Below are positions 57,352-64,000 of a DNA stretch of 64,000 bases, piece by piece. Position numbers and translations under genes: made by a program. The stretch spans positions 3,360,001 through 3,424,000 of the forward strand of contig OZ257156.1 in NCBI GenBank assembly GCA_965279375.1, read 5' to 3'. The DNA comes from Gemmatimonas sp. GTDB lineage: Bacteria; Gemmatimonadota; Gemmatimonadetes; Gemmatimonadales; Gemmatimonadaceae. The first letter of the stretch is position 1. Each line of letters opens with the position of its first letter. The notes beneath the pieces are model-generated. The model ran no database searches. It saw only the letters and a list, made by a program, of their open reading frames with translations, and was not told the DNA's origin.

Positions 57352-59724
57352 ATGACGTTTCCCTTTCCACCGCGCAGCGCGCGGGCTCGCGCTCTCGGCG
57401 TTGTGCTCGGGGGCCTGCTAGTGTCCGTCGATGCCGCGGCGCAAACGGCGGGATTCGGCATGGCGCTGCTCGACCGCAATGGCGCATGGGTGCGCATCGA
57501 CGCGTACGCGCCGAATGTCGTGCATGTCACCGTAGCCGCCGAAAAAAGTGAGGCGCTCAAGCCAGCGGGCTACGGCATTCTGCGTGAGCATGCTGACGGT
57601 CGTGGATTCGCGCACACGCTCGATGCGACCGGTGATCGTTTCGCGTCGGCGGCGCTCTCGTTGCACGTCGATGCGGCCCCGCCGCCGCATGTGCCATCGC
57701 AGGGGGAGAAGTACTTCGCGCCTTCGCTCGCCCCGGTGGGGCTGCAGGTGAAGAACGCGCGCGGCGAGACCATCCTGACGATGGATGGTTGGGAGATGGC
57801 GCCGCACACGGTGAACGGTGAAGCGACGTACCAAGTGGGAGCGAGCTTTCGTGCGCCGGCCGGCGAGCACTACTACGGCATGGGACAGAATCAGGAATCG
57901 CTTGGTTCGCTCGATCTGCGTGGACGCACCATTGACTGCAAGCACTGGTATGACGCGCCGGCTGGCGAGACGGTGTGCGTGCCGTTCATGGTGTCGTCGA
58001 AGGGATACGGCATCGTTTGGGACAATCCTTCGGCGACGCAGTTCGTCGCGGGGATCAATGGCCGCACCGCGTTTCGATCGCGTGTGGGCGAGCGGGTGAG
58101 TTTCTTCGTGGTCGTTGGCGAGACGCCGGAGGCGATCTACGCGGGGTACGCGACACTCACTGGCAAGACGCCCATTCCGCCCAAGGCAGCGTTCGGGTTG
58201 ATCCAATCCAAGGCGCGCTACGAAAGTCAGGACGAAGTGCTGCGCGTGGCGAATGCCTATCGCCGCAAATCGTATCCGCTCGACATCATGGTGATCGACT
58301 GGTTTCACTGGACGCGCATGGGACAGATGGACATCGACCCGGCGCAGTTCCCCGATCCGGACGCCATGAACGCGCAGCTGCACGCGATGGGGCTCAAGTC
58401 GATCATCTCGATCTGGCCGCGCTATGAGACGTCAGGGCGCTACTTCAATGAGCTGGATGCCAAGGGCTACTTGCTGAAGGACAAGAACGGGAAGACGGTG
58501 GACGGACTACCATTTCGCTCGGACCGTACGGGCGGGTTGCTGGATGCCACCAACCCGGCGGCGCGTACGTGGTTCTGGGAGCACGCGCGCGACAACATCC
58601 TCTCGCATGGCTTTGACTATCCGTGGTTAGACGAAACGGAACCCGATCTCGTGCCGGACGGATTCTTCTACTCGATCGGGTCCGGTGATCGCTTTCACAA
58701 CCTGTACCCGTTGGTGCATGTCGACGGTGTCGCGCAGGGGATGCGTGCGTGGAAGCCCAACACGCGTGCGCTCATTCTCAGTCGGGCGGCGTATCTGGGT
58801 GCGCAGCGCACGGGCGCACTGTTCTGGTCGTCCGATATCGGTCCCACGTGGGAAGCGTTGCAGCGTCAGGTGCCGAGCGGGTTGAACATGACCGCGTCTG
58901 GGATCGCGTATTGGGGCAACGACATCGGCGGATGGCAGTGGCTTCCACAAACCACGAATGCCACGAAGCCGCCGCTGCTCGATCCAGCGGGCGCCGAGGC
59001 GACGATCGGCAAGAACTACGACTATCCCGAGCTGTTCACGCGCTGGTTTCAGTACGGCACGTTCCTGCCGACGCTGCGCATTCACGGTGACCGAAAGCAT
59101 GCGGAGATTTGGGAGTTCGGGGCTGCGGCTGAAGCGGTACTGGCCAAGTTCGATCGGCTGCGCTACCAGCTCGTGCCGTACATCTACAGTCAGGCCAAGC
59201 GCACATACGATACTGGTGCGCCGTTCATGCGTCCGCTGTGGATGGATTTTCCACGTGACACGGCCGTCGCCAGCATTGGCACGCAGTACATGTTTGGATC
59301 GGCGTTTCTCGTTGCGCCGGTGACGGAGCAGGGGCAGACGACGAAGCGTGTATACCTGCCGGCCGGCACGAGTTGGTACAACTACTGGACGAACGTGCGA
59401 CATGCGGGCGGACAGTGGATCGACGTTGCGGCACCGGTCGATCAGATTCCGCTGTTCGTGCGCGCTGGGGCCATTGTGCCGTTCGGCGCGGACGTGCAAT
59501 CCACAGCCACGCGTCAAGCGATCGCCTCGATTCAGATCTACGCTGGTGCCGATGGGGACTTCGCGCTCTACGACGACGACGGCGCGACCTACGACTATGA
59601 GCGCGGCAAGAGTACGACCACTTCGCTCCACTGGGACAATACGACTGGTGTGCTGCGTGCGAGTGGTGGTGACTCGGTGCTCGTACGCGATGTGCAACGA
59701 CTCGTGCGCGTCCTCGGCAAGTAG
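57352..59724 (+). CDS. GH31 glycoside hydrolase (alpha-xylosidase-like), secreted
   Basis: 'IDWFHW', 'WLDETEP', 'WSSD', 'DIGG', 'RWFQYG', 'IPLFVRAG'. Confidence 0.92.
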   Translation: MTFPFPPRSARARALGVVLGGLLVSVDAAAQTAGFGMALLDRNGAWVRIDAYAPNVVHVTVAAEKSEALKPAGYGILREHADGRGFAHTLDATGDRFASAALSLHVDAAPPPHVPSQGEKYFAPSLAPVGLQVKNARGETILTMDGWEMAPHTVNGEATYQVGASFRAPAGEHYYGMGQNQESLGSLDLRGRTIDCKHWYDAPAGETVCVPFMVSSKGYGIVWDNPSATQFVAGINGRTAFRSRVGERVSFFVVVGETPEAIYAGYATLTGKTPIPPKAAFGLIQSKARYESQDEVLRVANAYRRKSYPLDIMVIDWFHWTRMGQMDIDPAQFPDPDAMNAQLHAMGLKSIISIWPRYETSGRYFNELDAKGYLLKDKNGKTVDGLPFRSDRTGGLLDATNPAARTWFWEHARDNILSHGFDYPWLDETEPDLVPDGFFYSIGSGDRFHNLYPLVHVDGVAQGMRAWKPNTRALILSRAAYLGAQRTGALFWSSDIGPTWEALQRQVPSGLNMTASGIAYWGNDIGGWQWLPQTTNATKPPLLDPAGAEATIGKNYDYPELFTRWFQYGTFLPTLRIHGDRKHAEIWEFGAAAEAVLAKFDRLRYQLVPYIYSQAKRTYDTGAPFMRPLWMDFPRDTAVASIGTQYMFGSAFLVAPVTEQGQTTKRVYLPAGTSWYNYWTNVRHAGGQWIDVAAPVDQIPLFVRAGAIVPFGADVQSTATRQAIASIQIYAGADGDFALYDDDGATYDYERGKSTTTSLHWDNTTGVLRASGGDSVLVRDVQRLVRVLGK

Positions 59725-59808
59725 GGAGCGTCGCGCTTGCCGTCCACGCCGGCGCTCGATCAGTTTCAGGCGAGTCGCCCGTCACCTCCGTCCACCCATC
59801 GTCGCTCC

Positions 59809-61035
59809 ATGAAATTCTCGCACGCTCACGTCGACTGGTATCGTCCGCTGGCCGCCGCCATCGTTACAGCACTCTTTGCCGTCAGTGCGTCGGCGCAATC
59901 AGGTGTCGCGTATGATACGGTGACACTGCGCGTTAAACGCACGTTCGCGGAGCAACAGCTGCGCGCGCTGGCCGAGCCGTACGTGGGCATCCGTCTCCCG
60001 ACTGGAATCGTGGGCGGGCTCTTCCCGATTCGCGCGACGGGCGTCTCCACGGCGCCGATCGTCGAGGCCGCGTCGCGCTTCGTGGCGTCGTTGACCTCCG
60101 CGCAGCTGTTGCGGACGCAGTTCGCGGTGGACGACCCGGAGTGGCGTCGCTGGTCCAACATCGACAACGGCCTCTACGTGCGGCAGGGGGTCAGTCTGCG
60201 AGAGATGTCACCCGCGCAGCGCCGCGCAGCGATGGGGATCATGCAAGCCTCGCTCAGTGCGCGCGGATTGGCCAATAGCGCGGCGATCATGAAGACGGAT
60301 CAGACGCTGCGCGAAATCAATCGCGACTCGTTGAGCTATGGCGAGGATCTGTACTTCTTCACGATCATGGGGCGACCGTCGTCAACAGAGCCGTGGGGAT
60401 GGCAGATCGACGGACACCATCTCGTGATCAATTTCTTCGTGCTGGGCGATCAGGTAGTGATGACACCGATCTTCATGGGCGGAGAACCAGCCATCACCAC
60501 CACAGGCAAGTACAAGGGCAATCGGATTCTGCAGGCGGAACAGGATCAGGGGCTCGCGTTCTTTCGGGGCTTGTCGCCGTTGCAGCGCGATGGGGCGGTG
60601 CTGTCGCGCGAGAAGCGCGCGAACGACATCAAGCTGCAGGCAGACAAGGACAACGATGTGCTGGCGTATGCCGGTGTTCCGGCCAGCGCACTTTCCGCGG
60701 CGCAGCAATCGGCGTTGATGGAGCTGGTGGCGCTGTACGTAGGCAATCTCCGGGATGATCAGGCGCGCGTGAAGATGAGCGATGTACGAGCGCATCTGAA
60801 CGAGACGCACTTCGCCTGGACTGGTGGTGCGACCGATACCTCGGTCTTCTACTATCGTATCCATAGTCCGGTGGTGCTGATCGAGTTCGACCATCAGCGG
60901 CCCGTGGGAACGAGAGTCCTCAACGACCCGTCGAAGCCGACGCGGGGCCATATCCATATCGTTGTCCGCACGCCCAACGGGAACGACTACGGGAAAGACC
61001 TGCTCTCACAGCATCTCGCCCGGACCAAGCACTAA
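59809..61035 (+). CDS. DUF3500-domain secreted protein
   Basis: 'WGWQIDGHHL', 'TPIFMG', 'YYRIHSPVVLIEFDHQ', 'HIHIVVRTPNGNDYG'. Confidence 0.88.
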   Translation: MKFSHAHVDWYRPLAAAIVTALFAVSASAQSGVAYDTVTLRVKRTFAEQQLRALAEPYVGIRLPTGIVGGLFPIRATGVSTAPIVEAASRFVASLTSAQLLRTQFAVDDPEWRRWSNIDNGLYVRQGVSLREMSPAQRRAAMGIMQASLSARGLANSAAIMKTDQTLREINRDSLSYGEDLYFFTIMGRPSSTEPWGWQIDGHHLVINFFVLGDQVVMTPIFMGGEPAITTTGKYKGNRILQAEQDQGLAFFRGLSPLQRDGAVLSREKRANDIKLQADKDNDVLAYAGVPASALSAAQQSALMELVALYVGNLRDDQARVKMSDVRAHLNETHFAWTGGATDTSVFYYRIHSPVVLIEFDHQRPVGTRVLNDPSKPTRGHIHIVVRTPNGNDYGKDLLSQHLARTKH

Positions 61036-61078
61036 CAGCGTCGTGTTCACAAGCTGGACTTCGCACTCGCGCATATCT

Positions 61079-63547
61079 ATGCTCGCATTCCTCACTGCTC
61101 GCCCTCGATCCGTGTCGCTTCGATTCGTCCTGCTCCTCTGCCTCGCAATGCCCGCGCTGCTTGCGCTGCCGAGCCGACCCATCGCCGCGCAGACGCCTGC
61201 CGCCGGCGTCACGCTCTTTGGAAAGGTGCAGGACGCGCAGAGCAGGGCGCCGCTGCCGTTCCTGAACCTGCAACTACTCGTGGAGAAGGACAGCGCGTTC
61301 GTGAGCGGTCGACTGACGAACGAATCGGGCGCGTTCACCTTCGCAGGACTCAAGAAGGGCGTGTACGTCCTGGTGGTGCGATCCATCGGCTATCGACCGA
61401 TCAGGCAGCGCGTCCTCGTGGGGGAGCTGAGCGCGTTTCTGGACCTCGGCGCGTTGCTCATGACACGCGAGGCGCAGACGCTCGGCGAAGTGCGCGTGAC
61501 ATCGGCGGCGGACGCGGTGGCCGCGGCCATGGACAGGAAGACGTTCACTGTATCAGACAACATCAGTCAGGCAGGTGGCTCCGTTCTGCAAGCCATGTCC
61601 ACATTGCCCGGCGTGACCGTCGGACAGGACGGCAAGGTGCAGGTGCGTGGCAGCGACAAGGTGGTGGTGCTGATTGACGGCAAGCAGACGGCCCTGACGG
61701 GCTATGGATCGCAGAACGGCCTGGACAATCTGCCCGCCTCCGCGCTCGAACGCATTGAGATCATCAACAATCCGTCGGCCAAGTTCGACGCGAATGCGAG
61801 TGCGGGTATCATCAATCTCGTGTTCAAGAAGCAGGAACAGGAGGGGTTCAACGGCAAGGTTGGGCTGATGGCCGGTGCAGGTGCGTTGTGGGTGAAGAAG
61901 GAGAACTTGCCGACGATCCGTCCGCAGTATCAGGGCACGCCCAAGTTCAATCCGTCACTGGCACTCAACTACCGCAAGGGCGCCACCAACAGCTTCGTGC
62001 AGGGCGATTGGCTGTACTCGCCGACGCTCAATAAGAACGAGTTCTCGACTCGTACCTATGACGACGGTACCGTCATCACGCAGCAAATAAAGCGCAACCG
62101 GCGGACAGACTACGCGACGATCAACGCGGGCGTGGATCACGCGTTCGATGAGCGCAACACTCTCACCGTGTCCGGGCTGTTCAATCGCGAGAAGATTCTC
62201 GACAACGGCGACAATCCCTATTTCTCGGGCACGTTGCAGAATCGCTACCGCCTGTGGCAGTTCCTGGAAGACGAAGTGAAGTACACGGCCTTTGGCACGG
62301 CCGTACTCACGCACAAGTTCGCCGAGCCCGGGCACACACTCGCGGTGACGAGCAACTATTCGTTCCATCGAGAGGACGAGAAGTACTTCTTCACGAATAC
62401 GCTGCCATCGTTCGTCGGCAAGGATGCATTCAAGCTCTTGTCCGACGAGCACGTAGTCGATCTCAACGTCGACTACGTGAAGCCGCTCAGGCAAGGGCGT
62501 GTCGAAGCGGGGTTCAAGGGCCGGTATCGTTCCATTCCGGTGAACATGCAGTTCTTTCCCGGGCAGAATTCACCGATCGACACCGGTGCGGGTGGTTGGG
62601 CCGACTACCGCGAAACGATTCCGGCGTTGTATGGCAACTATGTGTTCGAGAGCCAGCGCGTCGAACTCGAAGGCGGCGTGCGCTTTGAGAGCGTGCGGGT
62701 GGACTACGACGTCAATCCCAATCACAACACCTACAAGAGCGACGGCTATCGCTACTTCCAGCCGTTTCCGAACGTGCGTGCCGCGTACAAGTTCGACGAG
62801 TCCAACAAGCTGTCGCTGTTCTTCAACCGGCGTGTGGACCGCCCGAATGAAGTGGACATTCGCATCTTCCCCAAGTACGACGAGCCAGAGCTGATCAAGG
62901 TCGGTAACCCGGCGCTGCAACCGCAGTACTCGACATCGGCGGAGCTTGGCTACAAGACGAGTTGGGCGAAGGGGAGTCTCTACGCCGCCGCGTTCCACCG
63001 GCTGATCGATGGCACGATCACGCGCATCGCCACGCAGGCGCCGGGCAGTGTGCTGCTCTACAACGTCTTTCAGAACGCAGGGCGCAGCGCGAGCACCGGC
63101 GCGGAACTGGTGTGGCAGCAGACCGTGTCACCCAAGCTGTCGCTCAGTGCGAATGCCGGTGCGTATCGCAAGACGTTCGACGCCTTCTCGGTTGTCAACA
63201 GGTACCCCGTGCCCGTTCGCTACGCGGCGGCCCGACAGGAGCTGACGTCAGGGAATGCGAAGCTCAACGCCGTGGTCCGTTGGCCGAGTGATTGGCAGCT
63301 GCAGCTGTCCAACGTGTACCTCGCCCCCGATCTCTTGCCGCAGGGGCGCATCGAAGGTCGCTACAGCCTGGACATCGGAGCGAAGAAGTCCGTGCAGCGC
63401 GGCAAGGGTGAGATCACGCTTAACGCGACGGATGTATTGAACACGAACCAGGCACAGCGCACCATTCGCGGATCGGACTTCCGCCTGGTGAGCACGGACT
63501 ATCTGGAGACGCAAGTGGTCCGCGTCGGGTACAGCCGCAAGTTCTAG
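61079..63547 (+). CDS. TonB-dependent receptor (outer-membrane beta-barrel family)
   Basis: 'LPGVTV', 'RIEIINNPSAKFDA', 'GNPALQP', C-terminal F. Confidence 0.9.
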   Translation: MLAFLTARPRSVSLRFVLLLCLAMPALLALPSRPIAAQTPAAGVTLFGKVQDAQSRAPLPFLNLQLLVEKDSAFVSGRLTNESGAFTFAGLKKGVYVLVVRSIGYRPIRQRVLVGELSAFLDLGALLMTREAQTLGEVRVTSAADAVAAAMDRKTFTVSDNISQAGGSVLQAMSTLPGVTVGQDGKVQVRGSDKVVVLIDGKQTALTGYGSQNGLDNLPASALERIEIINNPSAKFDANASAGIINLVFKKQEQEGFNGKVGLMAGAGALWVKKENLPTIRPQYQGTPKFNPSLALNYRKGATNSFVQGDWLYSPTLNKNEFSTRTYDDGTVITQQIKRNRRTDYATINAGVDHAFDERNTLTVSGLFNREKILDNGDNPYFSGTLQNRYRLWQFLEDEVKYTAFGTAVLTHKFAEPGHTLAVTSNYSFHREDEKYFFTNTLPSFVGKDAFKLLSDEHVVDLNVDYVKPLRQGRVEAGFKGRYRSIPVNMQFFPGQNSPIDTGAGGWADYRETIPALYGNYVFESQRVELEGGVRFESVRVDYDVNPNHNTYKSDGYRYFQPFPNVRAAYKFDESNKLSLFFNRRVDRPNEVDIRIFPKYDEPELIKVGNPALQPQYSTSAELGYKTSWAKGSLYAAAFHRLIDGTITRIATQAPGSVLLYNVFQNAGRSASTGAELVWQQTVSPKLSLSANAGAYRKTFDAFSVVNRYPVPVRYAAARQELTSGNAKLNAVVRWPSDWQLQLSNVYLAPDLLPQGRIEGRYSLDIGAKKSVQRGKGEITLNATDVLNTNQAQRTIRGSDFRLVSTDYLETQVVRVGYSRKF

Positions 63548-63551
63548 GAAA

Positions 63552-63587
63552 CAAAGCGAGGCGACACGACGTGTGCGCCTCGCTTTG
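63552..63587. terminator. Bidirectional terminator hairpin
   Basis: CAAAGCGAGGCG..CGCCTCGCTTTG 12-bp stem between convergent genes. Confidence 0.75.
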
Positions 63588-63607
63588 CATTGTGAACTAC
63601 TGCACTA

Positions 63608-64000
63608 CTAGACGGAACGCTTGCGCCGCGCTGCGACGAGAACTCCAGCGAGTCCGCCTGCGACCAGCAGATACGTGGACGGCTCGGGAACCACGGTGGT
63701 GAAGAGGCCGCCCTGTATGCTGGTCACGCCATGGTTCGAGGTCGGTGCCTGCAGGTCGACCCTGCCGCTTGCCGTGTAGTTGATGACGGAACTCGCGCCG
63801 GAGGCAACGTTCCACGCGATCGGAAGCGGAGACCAGGACAGGTTCGACGACGTGCCATCGATGCCGCCAATGAGCTGACCAGTGATGACTTGCGTACCAC
63901 CGGGCGTCGGGAGGTTCTGCGTGATCGCCAGATCAAAGGTGACGCCCGCGAATGACTGCTGCCCACTCGTCGAGCCTGAGACGTCGAACTCGCCGAACGA
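63608..64000 (-). CDS. PEP-CTERM sorting-domain protein, C-terminal part (5' end beyond the window)
   Basis: Read by hand: '..TTVVPEPSTYLLVAGGLAGVLVAARRKRSV*'. Confidence 0.88.
   Translation of the reverse strand, partial: SFGEFDVSGSTSGQQSFAGVTFDLAITQNLPTPGGTQVITGQLIGGIDGTSSNLSWSPLPIAWNVASGASSVINYTASGRVDLQAPTSNHGVTSIQGGLFTTVVPEPSTYLLVAGGLAGVLVAARRKRSV

Noticed and set aside
59247..59262. parS-like TTTTCCACGTGACACG
   Set aside because: Three mismatches to the parS consensus, single copy, inside the GH31 coding sequence

Overview
High-GC bacterial chromosomal window. The gene style suggests Gemmatimonadota (inference): CarboxypepD_reg-type TonB-dependent receptors, an 'ERELGGGGMSR' Ser/Thr kinase and a PEP-CTERM protein. 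1-11.2 kb is a co-directional housekeeping block (acyl-CoA dehydrogenase, Leu/Val dehydrogenase, rpiB, glyA, nnr, thiL, acyltransferase, eno, ftsB-like, tRNA-fMet, tRNA-Met). It is followed by a membrane-anchored TIR protein and a metal/cobalamin island at 13.8-25 kb (Fur-family regulator, cobalamin riboswitch, DUF1289, two TBDRs, COG0523 GTPase, sialidase-like protein, MerC-like protein). 25-41 kb holds peptidases, a HAD hydrolase, a MATE pump behind a complete uORF/antiterminator/terminator attenuator, a kinase, a large barrel protein and a DnaQ-like exonuclease. Near 42-48 kb are an orphan helical protein ending in a clamp-binding-like motif, an intergenic DnaA-box cluster, and a four-gene amide-ligase/hydrolase operon (ATP-grasp, circularly permuted ATP-grasp, PuuD-like, GCS2). 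The rest encodes HmuY plus a TBDR, two ArsR-SRPBCC pairs flanking a B3 metallo-beta-lactamase, GH31, DUF3500, another TBDR and a truncated PEP-CTERM gene. No transposase, integrase, CRISPR array or rRNA was seen. All family calls come from motif recognition by eye, not database searches.
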